A stretch of 52,387 nucleotides of DNA, taken from sequence record SRR20825019_994; one strand, given 5' to 3'. Shown one piece after another: positions 19,772 through 31,168 of the stretch. Positions within the stretch are counted from its first letter, which is position 1, and each line of letters begins with the position of its first letter. A program made the position numbers and the translations under genes. The notes beneath the pieces are model-generated. The model worked only from the letters and a program-made list of their open reading frames with translations, was not told the DNA's origin and did no database searches.

Positions 19772-21682
19772 TTAACGCCCGCGCAGGAATAATTTGTCCA
19801 GCTCCGAGAGGGTGACCACAGTCCAGGTGGGCCGACCATGGTTGCACTGACCACTGCGCTCGGTGGCCTCCATGTCCCGCAACAGGGTATTCATTTCCGG
19901 AATGGTCAGTTGCCGATTGGCACGCACGGAACCATGACATGCCATGGTACCAAGCAACTCATGTATCACCGCCTCCACACGGTCGCTTTCGCCGTTCTCA
20001 ATCAGGTCAGACAGCACATCCCGAACCAATTGCTCGGTGTCCGCCCCCCGCAACAGCGCAGGCACCTGCCGCACAGCGAGAGTTTCGGGGCCAATGCGCT
20101 CCACCCTCAATCCCAACTGCAAAAGCTCTTCACCATGAGTCTCCGCCAATGCCGCCTCTTTCTGGCTGACAGCCAGGGAAACCGGCACCAGCAGCGGCTG
20201 ACTCTTGAGGTCCTGCGCCTCCAGCGCACGCTTCATACGCTCATAGGTAATACGTTCATGGGCCGCGTGCATATCCACCACGATCATGCCCTGACGGCTC
20301 TGGGCCAGGATATAAATTCCGTGCAGTTGGGCAATGGCGTAGCCAAGCGGCGGCTCATCACCGCTGTCCTGCGGTGGCGTAGGCGCCGCAACGGCCAGAT
20401 CACCGGAGTCAGCCATCGCGGGCTGCGCCCCGGTTCCACCGCCCTCGTTCAGGGACTGGTAGAACGCCATTTGATCGCGGGCCTGCCATTCAGGCTGCGG
20501 GGGCCTCGGGCTCCCTGAGAACCCGGCATGCTGCGGGCTGCCGCCGGAACCTGTAAACGGATCGGAGGCGGGCTGGTGATTGACACCCGGCATGGCAGCC
20601 TGAACGCCAAAACCACCGGTTGCCGTACCGGCCTCCCGACCGTGGGACTGGGCTACCGCTCCCTTGAGATGATCATCCGGGCGTACATCTGCCAGCGCCT
20701 TGTGAAGTGTCCGGAAAATAAAATCGTGAACCAGGCGCCCATCGCGGAAACGCACTTCGTGCTTGGTGGGGTGAACATTCACGTCCACGTTCGCGGGATC
20801 AACCTCCAGATACAACACGAACGCCGGGTGACGGTTGTTGTAAAGCACATCCCGATAAGCCTGGCGCACGGCATGCGCTACCAGCCGGTCCCGTATCACC
20901 CGCCCGTTGACAAAAAAGTACTGCAAATCCGCCTGACTGCGGGAAAAGGTCGGCAGGGCAACCCAACCCCAAAGTTTCAATCCCGTAGCCTCAGCATCAA
21001 TCACCACGGCGTTGTCGATAAACTGCTGACCGCATAGAGAGCCAATCCGCCGCTCCCGGTCCAGCGGATTCTCAGCCGGCCTGAGGCTCTGGACCACACG
21101 CTGGTTATGTCGAAGCGTAAAACCGGTGTCGAAACGGCTCAGGGCCTGGCGGCGAATGCATTCTTCAACATGGTTGAACTCGGTCTTCTCCGTACGGAGA
21201 AACTTGCGTCGGGCGGGCGTGTTAAAGAACAGGTCCCGGACTTCCACCGTCGTGCCCACCGGATGGGCCGCCGGGGAAATACTGGCGTCCATGTCGCGCC
21301 CTTCCACTTCTACCTTTGAGGCCGCCTCCTGGCGCTCTGTGCGTGATGTCAGTGCCAGCCTGGAAACGGAACTGATACTGGCCAGGGCCTCCCCCCGGAA
21401 ACCAAGGGACGCCACTGCTTCAAGGTCTTCGAGATTTTCAATCTTGCTGGTGGCATGACGGCTGAGCGCAAGGGGAAGGTCCGTCCCGTCTATGCCCATG
21501 CCGTCGTCACGTACCCGGATCAGCTTGACACCCCCCTGCTCCACCTCGATATCGACCCGGCGGGCACCGGCATCGAGCGCATTTTCTACCAGTTCTTTCA
21601 CGACCGAAGCCGGGCGCTCAACCACCTCACCGGCAGCAATCTGGTTGGCCAGGCGGGGCGTCAGTAATCGAATGGAGGGCAT
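19772..21682 (-). CDS. mutL: DNA mismatch repair endonuclease MutL
   Basis: [41 protein letters not shown]. Confidence 0.98.
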   Translation of the reverse strand: MPSIRLLTPRLANQIAAGEVVERPASVVKELVENALDAGARRVDIEVEQGGVKLIRVRDDGMGIDGTDLPLALSRHATSKIENLEDLEAVASLGFRGEALASISSVSRLALTSRTERQEAASKVEVEGRDMDASISPAAHPVGTTVEVRDLFFNTPARRKFLRTEKTEFNHVEECIRRQALSRFDTGFTLRHNQRVVQSLRPAENPLDRERRIGSLCGQQFIDNAVVIDAEATGLKLWGWVALPTFSRSQADLQYFFVNGRVIRDRLVAHAVRQAYRDVLYNNRHPAFVLYLEVDPANVDVNVHPTKHEVRFRDGRLVHDFIFRTLHKALADVRPDDHLKGAVAQSHGREAGTATGGFGVQAAMPGVNHQPASDPFTGSGGSPQHAGFSGSPRPPQPEWQARDQMAFYQSLNEGGGTGAQPAMADSGDLAVAAPTPPQDSGDEPPLGYAIAQLHGIYILAQSRQGMIVVDMHAAHERITYERMKRALEAQDLKSQPLLVPVSLAVSQKEAALAETHGEELLQLGLRVERIGPETLAVRQVPALLRGADTEQLVRDVLSDLIENGESDRVEAVIHELLGTMACHGSVRANRQLTIPEMNTLLRDMEATERSGQCNHGRPTWTVVTLSELDKLFLRGR

Positions 21683-21701
21683 GTTACCAGGGGACCTCGT
21701 G

Positions 21702-23078
21702 TCAGGATGCAGGAATACGAATGGTTTGCCCTACCATAACACGGTCATCATTGAGGCCGTTATACTGCATCAGTTCGCTGACGGTTGTCTGGTTCTCCCG
21801 AGCGACACCTGAGAGCGTATCCCCCCGGCGAATCCGGTACTGACTGACACTGCCATCGCCACGGCCGTTCTGCTTCTGCCACGCCAGCAACGTGCCTGGC
21901 GGGGGCGTTTTCTGGAAGTAGTCATCGATACCCCGAAACACCGCCTGGGACAGTTTTTCACGATACCAGGCACTGGAAAGGTTCTGCTCTTCCTTCGGGT
22001 TCGAGATGAATCCCGCCTCAACGAGAACCGATGGAATATCCGGTGATTTCAGCACCGCAAACGCAGCCTGCTCAACGCCTTTCTTGTGAAGCTTGGCGAC
22101 ACTGCCAAGCCTGCCGAGGATAGAGTCCCCGACACCGAGGCTGGAATTGATACTGGCGGTCATGGAGAGGTCCAGCAGCACACCCGCCAGCATGTCATCT
22201 CGACCATCAAGGGACACCCCACCGGCACCCCCGATCAGGTCAGAGCGGTTCTCGGTTTTGGCCAGCCAGCGGGCGGTTTCACTGGTGGCACCCCGCTGTG
22301 ACAACGCAAACACCGAAGCACCACGGGGCTGAGGCGTGCGAAAGGCATCGGCGTGGACCGACACAAACAGGTCGGCGTTGTGCTTCCGGGCCAGCAGTGT
22401 GCGGCTACGCAAATCGATGTAGTAGTCACCGGTACGGGTTAGCTTGGCGGTATAACCCGGCTTGGCGTCGATCAATTCCGCCAGGGTTTTCGACATTCTC
22501 AACACCACGTCCTTTTCTCGGGTGCCCCGGGGGCCGATTGCTCCCGGGTCTTCGCCGCCGTGGCCGGCATCAACCACCACGATAATATCCCGCTTGCCGT
22601 TGGCGTTTTCGGTGACGGTTGGCTCCGAAGGCTTTCGAGCCTTCAGACCACCTTCGTCAATCAGGTCAACGACCAACCGGTGACCGTACTGCTGATTGGG
22701 TTCGAGCTGAAAGCTGCGCGGCTTGATGTCACTCTTCAGATCGAGCACTACCCGAAGATCATTACCGTTGCGCGGGGCGCTGCGGATACGCTTTACGGGA
22801 CTGCCCGAGAGATCGAGCTTGTCAAAATCGGCCTTGAGCGTCGTGTTCTCAAGGTCAATCACCAGGCGCGAAGGCCCGGAAAGGGCAAACACCTTGTGAT
22901 CAATCTTGTCGGCAACATCCAGCACCAGCCGGGTATGGTCCGGCGCGGGCCAGATCCTCACGCCTTCCACGTTAACGCCCGCCATTGCTGCCATAGGAAA
23001 CAACAGAGTCAGCATTACACTACCGGCCAGGCACCATCTGGAGAACATTCTTGCCATCATTTTCCTGCCCACCTGCAC
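21702..23078 (-). CDS. amiB: N-acetylmuramoyl-L-alanine amidase (AMIN, Amidase_3 and LysM domains)
   Basis: [25 protein letters not shown] and a C-terminal LysM; lies between tsaE and mutL. Start may be slightly downstream. Confidence 0.93.
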   Translation of the reverse strand: MQVGRKMMARMFSRWCLAGSVMLTLLFPMAAMAGVNVEGVRIWPAPDHTRLVLDVADKIDHKVFALSGPSRLVIDLENTTLKADFDKLDLSGSPVKRIRSAPRNGNDLRVVLDLKSDIKPRSFQLEPNQQYGHRLVVDLIDEGGLKARKPSEPTVTENANGKRDIIVVVDAGHGGEDPGAIGPRGTREKDVVLRMSKTLAELIDAKPGYTAKLTRTGDYYIDLRSRTLLARKHNADLFVSVHADAFRTPQPRGASVFALSQRGATSETARWLAKTENRSDLIGGAGGVSLDGRDDMLAGVLLDLSMTASINSSLGVGDSILGRLGSVAKLHKKGVEQAAFAVLKSPDIPSVLVEAGFISNPKEEQNLSSAWYREKLSQAVFRGIDDYFQKTPPPGTLLAWQKQNGRGDGSVSQYRIRRGDTLSGVARENQTTVSELMQYNGLNDDRVMVGQTIRIPAS

Positions 23079-23091
23079 TGATCACACATAA

Positions 23092-23601
23092 TTAACCTCG
23101 AACACTCGACAACGGTATTGCCGCAAGCCTGGCCTGCAACCCCACACCCACAGCCGTTGCCGCCGAGACAAGCGCTTTACGCCCATCTCCACTGACGCTC
23201 AAGCGTATCCAAAGGTCAGGATCCGGAAGGATTCCCTGACCCCGCTCGGGCCACTCAATCAAACAAAGGCTCTGGCCCTGAAAGTAATCACGTATACCCA
23301 TGTACTCCAGCTCCTCCGGATCACCCAATCTGTATAGGTCGAAGTGGTAAGCGGGAGGGCTCAGGTGCTCATACGGCTCCACAATGGTGTAGGTCGGACT
23401 TTTAACAGCCCCGTCATGGCCAAGGCCACGCATGACTCCACGGCTCAGGGTCGTCTTTCCCGTACCCAGGTTGCCCTCGAGAAATACAGTGGCTCCCTGT
23501 CCGGCCTGAACCACAACGGTAGCGAGCCCCCTTCCAAGGTTTTCTGTTGCCACCTCATCCTTCAGGAACAGCGAGAGCTCCTGCGCTGCAACGTCCATCA
23601 T
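23092..23601 (-). CDS. tsaE: tRNA t6A biosynthesis ATPase
   Basis: GNLGTGKTT, SPTYTIVEPY, HFDLYRL, IEWPE. Confidence 0.97.
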   Translation of the reverse strand: MMDVAAQELSLFLKDEVATENLGRGLATVVVQAGQGATVFLEGNLGTGKTTLSRGVMRGLGHDGAVKSPTYTIVEPYEHLSPPAYHFDLYRLGDPEELEYMGIRDYFQGQSLCLIEWPERGQGILPDPDLWIRLSVSGDGRKALVSAATAVGVGLQARLAAIPLSSVRG

Positions 23602-25169
23602 TCGTCTCCACCACCGCCAGCCGAACGACGATCCGGCCAGCGCTCAGAATCCAACAATACCTGTGACAGGGCCTCAATAACGTCCATCGGCAACAGCCCC
23701 ATATAACCGCGGGTTTCCGACGCCAGGTCCGCAGCGGCCAGATGCAATGCAGCGCCTGCCGAGGTTGCAACACGGGCATCCTTCAGTTGAGCGTACAAAC
23801 TACCCAGCACGCCCGAAAGAACATCCCCCATGCCACCAGTCGCCATGCCAGGGTTACTGCCGCTGACAACGTCCGGCACTGCACCTCCGCCTGCCACCAC
23901 CGTTCCGGCCCCCTTAAGTAGCACAACTCCGCCAAACATCTGAGAGATTCGCCCGGCAGCGCCTACACGATCCTCTTCAATTTCCGCCACATCACACGCC
24001 AGAAGCCGCGCCGCCTCTCCAGGATGCGGGGTAAGGATATGATTGTGTGCCGGCTGCGCCACCCTTGAGGCCATCAGGTTGAGGGCATCTGCATCGAGCA
24101 CCCTCGGCTTACCGCTCGCAACCACCTGCTGGAGCATCTGCTGCCCCCAGGCACCCTGGCCGATGCCCGGACCACAGACTATGACATCCGCCGCTTCAAT
24201 CAACGGCGGCAGTTCAGAACCATGAATCAGCCCCTGCACCATGACCGATGGACAGCGCGCGAGGGCCGGTGAGACGTATTCCGGGCGCGTGGCCAGCGTA
24301 ACCAGTCCGGCACCGGCTCTTGCCGCTGCTTCGGCTGCCAACAGGCCGGCACCGCCAAAACCCCGGTCCCCGGCCACCACGAGCACGTGCCCGAAACGAC
24401 CCTTATGCGCGGTTCTTGATCGCCTGGGGATGACCGAACGAATCGACCGCCAGTCAACCCGGCGAGCAAAAGGCTGCTGACCGCTCTCGGAGGCCCAGTC
24501 ATCGGTATCCAGGGACTCGAACAGGATGTCACCCCCACACTCAGCCCCCTGCCCCGTAAACAGTCCGGCCTTGAGCCCAATAAAGGTCACTGTTGCATCA
24601 GCCCGTATCGCCTGTCCGACCACCGCTCCAGTGGTTGCGTTCAGGCCGGACGGCAAATCAATCGCCATTACGGGCGCAGGCGCCTCATTGCACGCGTCGA
24701 TCATCGCCGCAAAGGGCTCCCTGGGAGCGCCTGTTACGCCGGTTCCCAACATGGCGTCCACGATTAAACCGACGCTGGCAATTGATCGCTGCGCATCGCC
24801 GCTACCAAGATCCGCAAGTTCCCGCACTTTTACCCCATCGGCCACGGATTTTTGCCAGGCCTTGCGGGCATCACCAGATAATTTTCCCGTCGGCGCAACG
24901 GCAATACAGTCCACATCCAAACCATGGCGTACGGCATTGGCCGCCACCAAATAGCCGTCACCGCCATTGTTGCCGGCGCCACACAGCACCAGAACCCGGC
25001 CCGGCTCAGGCCAGTTGCGTACCAGCCTGCGAAACGCACCGGCGGCTGCGGCCTGCATCAGGTCAAATCCGTCAACCCCTTGTTGATCAATTACATAGCG
25101 ATCAATCTCCCTCACCGCATCGGCGGAGTAGAGGTCTTCTGGTAAACTATGACCACCAGACAGGGGCAT
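23598..25169 (-). CDS. nnr: Bifunctional NAD(P)HX epimerase/dehydratase
   Basis: GAGNNGGDG, DLPSG, HKGRFG, DADAL, TPHPGEA, GGMGDVLSG. Confidence 0.96.
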   Translation of the reverse strand: MPLSGGHSLPEDLYSADAVREIDRYVIDQQGVDGFDLMQAAAAGAFRRLVRNWPEPGRVLVLCGAGNNGGDGYLVAANAVRHGLDVDCIAVAPTGKLSGDARKAWQKSVADGVKVRELADLGSGDAQRSIASVGLIVDAMLGTGVTGAPREPFAAMIDACNEAPAPVMAIDLPSGLNATTGAVVGQAIRADATVTFIGLKAGLFTGQGAECGGDILFESLDTDDWASESGQQPFARRVDWRSIRSVIPRRSRTAHKGRFGHVLVVAGDRGFGGAGLLAAEAAARAGAGLVTLATRPEYVSPALARCPSVMVQGLIHGSELPPLIEAADVIVCGPGIGQGAWGQQMLQQVVASGKPRVLDADALNLMASRVAQPAHNHILTPHPGEAARLLACDVAEIEEDRVGAAGRISQMFGGVVLLKGAGTVVAGGGAVPDVVSGSNPGMATGGMGDVLSGVLGSLYAQLKDARVATSAGAALHLAAADLASETRGYMGLLPMDVIEALSQVLLDSERWPDRRSAGGGGDE

Positions 25170-25324
25170 GAAAATCGGCTCCCGCTAAAGAATTCGGATT
25201 AAGAAAATCGGCCAGATACCTGTAAAGAATAGCAAAACAGCGGAAAAGGTCATAACTTAATCAAATTAAACTTCATTACCCTTCGGGCCGCCGGGAAAAC
25301 CGGTTGCCACTCGACTGGCACTCC

Positions 25325-26389
25325 ATGACCGAATCGATCGATCAAAACCTCGAACATCTGCCGGAACATATCCAATCCTGGGCCCGGGAACTCGGCTTTA
25401 GTGATGTCGGCATTACCCTCCCGGACACCGGTGCTCACGGAGCTCGCCTGAAGGACTGGCTCCGCAAGGGTTTTCACGGCGAAATGTCGTATATGGAAGA
25501 TCATGGCGACAAACGCTATACCCCCACCTCACTGGTGGAAGGAACGCAAAGAGTCATTTCCGTGCGGCTGGACTACCTGCCTGCGCCCGATAACCCGGGG
25601 CGAATACTCACTAACCCCGAGAAGGCCTACATTACCCGCTATGCCACTGGGCGTGACTATCACAAGCTGATGCGCAAACGACTGGCGACCCTGGCAAAAC
25701 GCATTGACGAGGCAGTATCGGGATACGATTACAGAGCTTTCGTAGACAGCGCTCCTGTGCTCGAAAGGGCCCTTGCCCAGCGCGCGGGCCTGGGCTGGAT
25801 TGGCAAGAACAACATGCTGATTCATCCAAAAGCGGGGTCGTTTTTCTTCCTCGGAGAAATCTTTACCAGCGCGCCATTACCGCTGGACGAACCGTTTGAA
25901 AAGGAACATTGCGGCAGTTGCGCCGCGTGCCTGGACATCTGCCCCACAGATGCCTTTGAAGGCCCCCACAAACTCGATGCCCGCAAATGCATCAGCTACC
26001 TCACCATTGAACTCAAGGGCAGCATTCCGGAAGAACTGCGCCCCAAAATGGGTAACCGCGTGTTCGGTTGTGACGACTGCCAACTGGTCTGCCCCTGGAA
26101 CAAGTTCAGCAAGCCAACGGCGGAAAAAGACTTCCAGCCCCGCCATGGCCTGGACAACAGCGAATTGGCTACGCTGTTCCTCTGGACGGAAGAACAATTC
26201 CTCAAACGCACTGAAGGCTCCGCCATCCGCCGCACCGGTTACGAGGGATGGCTGAGGAACCTGGCGGTGGGCCTTGGCAATGCGCCTTCAACCATCCCAG
26301 TGATCGAAGCCCTAAAACAGCGGGCTGACTTTCCGTCAGAGATGGTTCGGGAGCATGTGCACTGGGCCCTTCGCAGGCACGGCCTATAG
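25325..26389 (+). CDS. queG: Epoxyqueuosine reductase
   Basis: RYATGRDYHK, FVDSAPVLER, CGSCAACLDICPT, CISYLTIE, GCDDCQLVCPWN. Confidence 0.97.
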   Translation: MTESIDQNLEHLPEHIQSWARELGFSDVGITLPDTGAHGARLKDWLRKGFHGEMSYMEDHGDKRYTPTSLVEGTQRVISVRLDYLPAPDNPGRILTNPEKAYITRYATGRDYHKLMRKRLATLAKRIDEAVSGYDYRAFVDSAPVLERALAQRAGLGWIGKNNMLIHPKAGSFFFLGEIFTSAPLPLDEPFEKEHCGSCAACLDICPTDAFEGPHKLDARKCISYLTIELKGSIPEELRPKMGNRVFGCDDCQLVCPWNKFSKPTAEKDFQPRHGLDNSELATLFLWTEEQFLKRTEGSAIRRTGYEGWLRNLAVGLGNAPSTIPVIEALKQRADFPSEMVREHVHWALRRHGL

Positions 26390-26406
26390 CTTGAAAGCGC
26401 CGCGGC

Positions 26407-26949
26407 CTACAGTTGGAAAAAGTGTTCCCGGTAATGCCGCAGCTCCTCTATGGAGTCGCGAATGTCGTCCAACGCCAGGTGACTGCCTTTCTTCTTCACC
26501 CCGTCCAGCACATCCGGCCGCCAGCGCCTCGCCAGCTCCTTGATGGTACTCACATCCAGATTGCGGTAGTGAAAGAAGGCTTCCAGTTCCGGCATGTACT
26601 TCACCAGGAAGCGACGATCCTGGCCGATGCTATTGCCACATAATGGGGACTGCCCCGGCTCGAGATACCGCTGCAGGAATTCCAGGGTTTTCTGTTCGGC
26701 ATCGATCTCGCCGTACTTACTGTCCTTTACCCGCTGGGTCAGTCCGCTTTCGCCATGGGTCCGCGTGCACCACTCGTCCATTTCACTGAGCAGTTTGTCT
26801 GATTGGTGAACGGCAATCACCGGCCCTTCTTCAATCGTGTTCAATTCAGAATCCGTAACGATGGTTGCTATCTCGATGATGCGCTCTTTTTCCGGGTCTA
26901 ACCCCGTCATTTCCAGGTCAATCCAGACAAGGTAGTTGGCTTCTGGCAT
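26407..26949 (-). CDS. orn: Oligoribonuclease
   Basis: [41 protein letters not shown] at 26949 chosen. Confidence 0.97.
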   Translation of the reverse strand: MPEANYLVWIDLEMTGLDPEKERIIEIATIVTDSELNTIEEGPVIAVHQSDKLLSEMDEWCTRTHGESGLTQRVKDSKYGEIDAEQKTLEFLQRYLEPGQSPLCGNSIGQDRRFLVKYMPELEAFFHYRNLDVSTIKELARRWRPDVLDGVKKKGSHLALDDIRDSIEELRHYREHFFQL

Positions 26950-26980
26950 TCGGTGACTCCCAGCCTTCCAATGCGTGCAT

Positions 26981-27088
26981 GGGTGGCCGGTCACTGCTTC
27001 CCGGGATACGCTACAAGCACATCCATGTGCGCTCGACTGAAACCATCCCTGGTTTCAGACGCTCCCGGGAAGCAGTGACCGGCCACCC
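26981..27088. repeat. Cruciform palindromic element (REP/MITE-like)
   Basis: Perfect 26-bp terminal inverted repeat (26981-27006 and 27063-27088) enclosing two inner hairpins, GCACA-TCCA-TGTGC and CTGAAACCA-TCCC-TGGTTTCAG. Confidence 0.85.
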
Positions 27089-27206
27089 TCGTAATATTGG
27101 TAATATATCGGCCAATCCCGACAGAACAAACAGGCTCTGACGAAATCATTCACGTATGATGTTACAGCAATCACCATTTCCCAGCAGGAATTAACCGACC
27201 CACGAT

Positions 27207-28262
27207 ATGGCTAAACGTCGACTCAACAAGCAGCAGCAGTGGCGCATCAAGAAAATTCAGCAGGAGCGGGCTGCACGGGCGGCGAAGAAAGAAGAATCCA
27301 TCAGCGAAAAGCTGGACGCTGGTGATCTCGGCCCGGAGCAACAAGGCCTTGTTATCGCTCACTACGGCCAGCAACTCGACGTGGAAGCCCTGGAGGGGGA
27401 AGACACCGGCACGGTGCTGCGCTGCTTTGTGAGAGCGAACATCGACAGCCTGGTAACTGGCGACAAGGTGATCTGGCGCCCAGGCAGCGACAATACCGGC
27501 GTCATTGTGGCGCGTTGCGACCGTCACACCCTACTACAACGGCCCGACAACTTCGGCGCACTCAAGCCCGTCGCTGCCAATATTGACTACATCATCCTTG
27601 TGATCGCCCCCGAACCGGAACCCCACGACAACCTGATTGATCGTTATCTGGTGGCGGCCGAGAGCACAGACATTCCGGTCATCATCCTGCTCAACAAGAC
27701 CGACCTGGTGACTGACCAGAATCGGGAAGCAATCGACCAACTTCTGGCTCGCTACGAAAAGCTCGGATATCGAATAGAACGCACCTCCGCAAAAACCCTG
27801 GAGGGTGAGCAGGCGGTTAGGGTTGAAGACCTGGTAAAAGGTCAGACTAGCGTATTCGTGGGTCAATCGGGAGTTGGCAAATCGTCCATTATCCAGACGT
27901 TATTGCCGGAAGCATCGATCCGGGTAGGCGCGGTCTCGGAGAGCACCGGGAAAGGGGTTCACACCACCACGACCGCCAAACTTTTTCACCTCAACTGCGG
28001 AGGCGACCTCATCGATTCGCCGGGTATCCGGGAGTTCGGACTGTGGCACATGACACCACAAGAGATCGAGTACGGCTTCCGGGAGATACGAGACCTGATC
28101 GGTCACTGCAAGTTCCGCAATTGCAGCCATATGGGTGACCCCGGCTGTGCCATTGCGCAGGCTGCCGAGGATGGTCGCATCAGCACGGAGCGACTGAAAA
28201 GCTTCAACCGGATTCTTCAGGATATGGCGGAACAGCAGTCACGGGGACTGAAAGCCGACTGA
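27207..28262 (+). CDS. rsgA: Small ribosomal subunit biogenesis GTPase
   Basis: Circularly permuted GTPase (NKTD before GQSGVGKSS), HTTT, DSPGIREF, CKFRNCSHMGDPGC zinc site. Confidence 0.97.
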   Translation: MAKRRLNKQQQWRIKKIQQERAARAAKKEESISEKLDAGDLGPEQQGLVIAHYGQQLDVEALEGEDTGTVLRCFVRANIDSLVTGDKVIWRPGSDNTGVIVARCDRHTLLQRPDNFGALKPVAANIDYIILVIAPEPEPHDNLIDRYLVAAESTDIPVIILLNKTDLVTDQNREAIDQLLARYEKLGYRIERTSAKTLEGEQAVRVEDLVKGQTSVFVGQSGVGKSSIIQTLLPEASIRVGAVSESTGKGVHTTTTAKLFHLNCGGDLIDSPGIREFGLWHMTPQEIEYGFREIRDLIGHCKFRNCSHMGDPGCAIAQAAEDGRISTERLKSFNRILQDMAEQQSRGLKAD

Positions 28263-28268
28263 ACCGGC

Positions 28269-29228
28269 TTACCAGTTCAGCTCTCCGGGCTTGGGTTCTT
28301 CCTTCTCTTCCGCCCAGCTGCCTTCTTCCAGCCGTTTCATTGCCTCCTGCTGCTGCTCTTCAGAGGGGGCAGTCAGGTCAATCAAGGGCTCACCCGATCG
28401 ACTGGCATTGCTCTGGATGCCAGCCGCTGTCTTTTTGTTCATCACGATAATGGAAATACGACGATTAACCGGCGCCTGAGGATCGTCCTGATCAAACAGC
28501 ACCGAATCGCTCAGCCCCACAACCCGGCCAATTTGCTCCTGCCTGACACCGCCTGCAACGAGCGCTCTGCGAGCCGTGTTGGCCCGGTCCGCCGACAATT
28601 CCCAGTTGGTGTAACCCGGGCGACCGCTGAAGGGCGTGGAGTCGGTATGGCCGGTAATGCTCAGTTTGTTGTTGACGGTGCCGAGAGTCTTGGCAAGCTC
28701 AAACAGGATATCTTGAGAATAATACTTGAGCTCGGCCCGACCACTGTCAAACATGGGGCGCTGTGAGCGGTCGACGATCTGAATACGCAGGCCCTCGCTG
28801 GTGATATCGATCAGCAGCTGATCTTTGAACTCCTGAAGGGTTTCGCTCTGCTCTATACGGTCCTGAAGGTCCTGAAAGAGCTCCTCCATCTGCCGCTGCT
28901 CCAGAGTCTGCGCCAGCTCCTCCACAACCTGGTCTTCGATCTGGATATCGCTGCGCTCGATGTCCTCGCTGCTTTCGTTGATCACCGAGGCACTGCCCTC
29001 AAGATCCACCGGATTGGGAGACCCACCCTCAGTAAACCCGACCGGGTCCTTGAAGTAACCTTCCACAGCACGAATCTGTTCAGGAGACGCCGTTGCGGTC
29101 AGCCAGAGCACGAGAAAAAACGCCATCATGGCGGTAGCGAAATCGGCGAAAGCCACTTTCCATGAACCGCCGTGGTGCCCAGCCGCAACTTTCTTTTTTC
29201 TCTTTACGATGATTGGCTGTTCTTCCAA
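28269..29228 (-). CDS. motB: Flagellar stator protein MotB
   Basis: HHGGSWKVAFADFATAMMAFF with the conserved Asp, and an OmpA-like domain (GHTD, NWELSADRA, NRRI). Confidence 0.96.
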   Translation of the reverse strand: MEEQPIIVKRKKKVAAGHHGGSWKVAFADFATAMMAFFLVLWLTATASPEQIRAVEGYFKDPVGFTEGGSPNPVDLEGSASVINESSEDIERSDIQIEDQVVEELAQTLEQRQMEELFQDLQDRIEQSETLQEFKDQLLIDITSEGLRIQIVDRSQRPMFDSGRAELKYYSQDILFELAKTLGTVNNKLSITGHTDSTPFSGRPGYTNWELSADRANTARRALVAGGVRQEQIGRVVGLSDSVLFDQDDPQAPVNRRISIIVMNKKTAAGIQSNASRSGEPLIDLTAPSEEQQQEAMKRLEEGSWAEEKEEPKPGELNW

Positions 29229-29257
29229 GAAACTGCTCCTGACGGCTCTTGCTCAGA

Positions 29258-30109
29258 CTATTTTGAACGCACGTGGTCGTTGAGTTCCTGAAACCCGGGC
29301 CGCTTATCCGACGGCAGGGCCTTGCGGCCGAACTCGATGGCCATCTGCGGCGCCTGGCCCGACACGGTGGCAACGATTGCGGATTTGGCGCATTCGTAGG
29401 CTTTGATCTCGTATTTGGCGGTGTGCTCCATGGCAATGGAGGTGGGGCCAACGAAGCCATACCCCATCCAGATTCCGAGGAACGTTCCCACCAGCGCCGC
29501 CGCCACGCTGAGGCCAATTCTTTCAGGGCCCTCACTCAGGAAGTTCATGGTGATAACAATACCGAGCACGGCTGCGACAATCCCGAGGCCTGGCAGAGCA
29601 TCGGCTATCTTGTTGACAGCGTGGGCTGGCTCTTCAAGTTCGTGCTGACGACTCTCGATCTCATTTTCCATCATGCCTTCGAGCTCATGGGTTGCCATGT
29701 TCCCGGAACTGATAATTCTCAGGTAGTCGGTGATAAAGGCCAGCAGGTACTTCGACTTAATAATGGCGGGGTAACGGCTGAAGATCTGGCTTGACTCCGG
29801 ATTGTCGATGTCTTCCTCGATGGCCATCACACCCTGTTTCCTGGATTTGTCGAAAACCTCGTACATCAGGCTGAGCAAATCCATGTAAAAGGACTTGTTG
29901 TAGGGAGAACCCGTCAGTTGGCTGAGGACACCTTTCGCCACTTCCTTGATGGTGTGCAGGGGGTTGGCAATGATGAATGACCCCACTGCAGCGCCGCCGA
30001 TAATGAGTATTTCCGTGGGCTGCCATAACACCAGAAGATTACCACCATGGAGGACATAGCCCCCGAGGACGCTGGCAATGACAATGACTGCACCGATTAT
30101 GAGTAGCAT
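29258..30109 (-). CDS. motA: Flagellar stator protein MotA
   Basis: LWQPTE, DYLRII, PGLGIVAAVLG, ALVGTFLG, AIEFGRK. Confidence 0.96.
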   Translation of the reverse strand: MLLIIGAVIVIASVLGGYVLHGGNLLVLWQPTEILIIGGAAVGSFIIANPLHTIKEVAKGVLSQLTGSPYNKSFYMDLLSLMYEVFDKSRKQGVMAIEEDIDNPESSQIFSRYPAIIKSKYLLAFITDYLRIISSGNMATHELEGMMENEIESRQHELEEPAHAVNKIADALPGLGIVAAVLGIVITMNFLSEGPERIGLSVAAALVGTFLGIWMGYGFVGPTSIAMEHTAKYEIKAYECAKSAIVATVSGQAPQMAIEFGRKALPSDKRPGFQELNDHVRSK

Positions 30110-30289
30110 GGATTGAGAACACACCTTCTATGATTTCTGTCAGGCTAGGCGCCTGAAGCGGAGCCACCTGGCCGGCCTGCACAGATAATAGCAAGCAGCG
30201 GACCGAACCGCGAAGATATGAAACAATTTCTATACACACCCCGCGATTTGTTAAACTTCGCGCCTTTGAGCGCCAAGGATCACTTTCCA

Positions 30290-31168
30290 ATGTTCGACAA
30301 GCTGTTTGTAATGAGCCAGTACATAACGCCGCAACTCGCGGTTTCACGCCTTGCGGGCCGACTTGCGGACAATGAAAGCATGCCCGGGCTAAAGGATCGT
30401 GTGGTGAAGTGGTTCATCGGCCGCTATGGCGTCAATATGAACGAAGCGCTGGAACCGGACCCGGCGGCCTATGCAAGCTTCAACGCCTTTTTTACCCGCG
30501 CCCTGAAACCCGGCCTGAGGCCCGTGGACGAGCGAGAAAGCACTCTGGTCAGTCCCGTTGACGGCGCCATCAGCCAACTGGGTCAAGTCAGCAATGATCG
30601 GGTATTCCAGGCCAAGGGCCAATCCTTCAGCCTCAACGAACTGCTCGGTGGCGATGAGGAGCGGGCGGCAAGCTTTACCGATGGCGAATTCGCCACCATC
30701 TACCTCTCCCCTAAGGACTATCACCGCATTCATATGCCGCTGGCCGGCACACTCCGGGAAATGGTGTACGTTCCCGGCAAGCTGTTTTCCGTCAACCCGA
30801 CCACCGCGGAGAACGTGCCCAACCTGTTCGCCCGAAATGAGCGGGTTGCCTGTCTATTCGACACCCCCGCAGGCCCAATGGCCCTGGTGCTGGTCGGCGC
30901 AATGATCGTGGGCAGTGTCGAGACGACCTGGGCTGGCGTCGTGGCACCCGGCGGGGGTGAGGTTTCCGAGAGTCGCTATGACAGCCTCAAAACACCCATC
31001 CAGTTTGAAAAAGGCGAGGAAATGGGACGGTTCCGCCTGGGCTCAACGGTGATCATGGTTATGCCCAAGGGCGCTGTGAAATGGAACGCCAATCAGGTAG
31101 CAGGCGGTACGGTGCGCATGGGTGAAGCTTTCGGCGACATCAACACCGGTCAGCCGGGAACGCAATAA
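30290..31168 (+). CDS. psd: Phosphatidylserine decarboxylase proenzyme
   Basis: FNAFFTRAL, SPVDG, YLSPKDYHRIHMP, RNER, LGST autocleavage site. Confidence 0.96.
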   Translation: MFDKLFVMSQYITPQLAVSRLAGRLADNESMPGLKDRVVKWFIGRYGVNMNEALEPDPAAYASFNAFFTRALKPGLRPVDERESTLVSPVDGAISQLGQVSNDRVFQAKGQSFSLNELLGGDEERAASFTDGEFATIYLSPKDYHRIHMPLAGTLREMVYVPGKLFSVNPTTAENVPNLFARNERVACLFDTPAGPMALVLVGAMIVGSVETTWAGVVAPGGGEVSESRYDSLKTPIQFEKGEEMGRFRLGSTVIMVMPKGAVKWNANQVAGGTVRMGEAFGDINTGQPGTQ

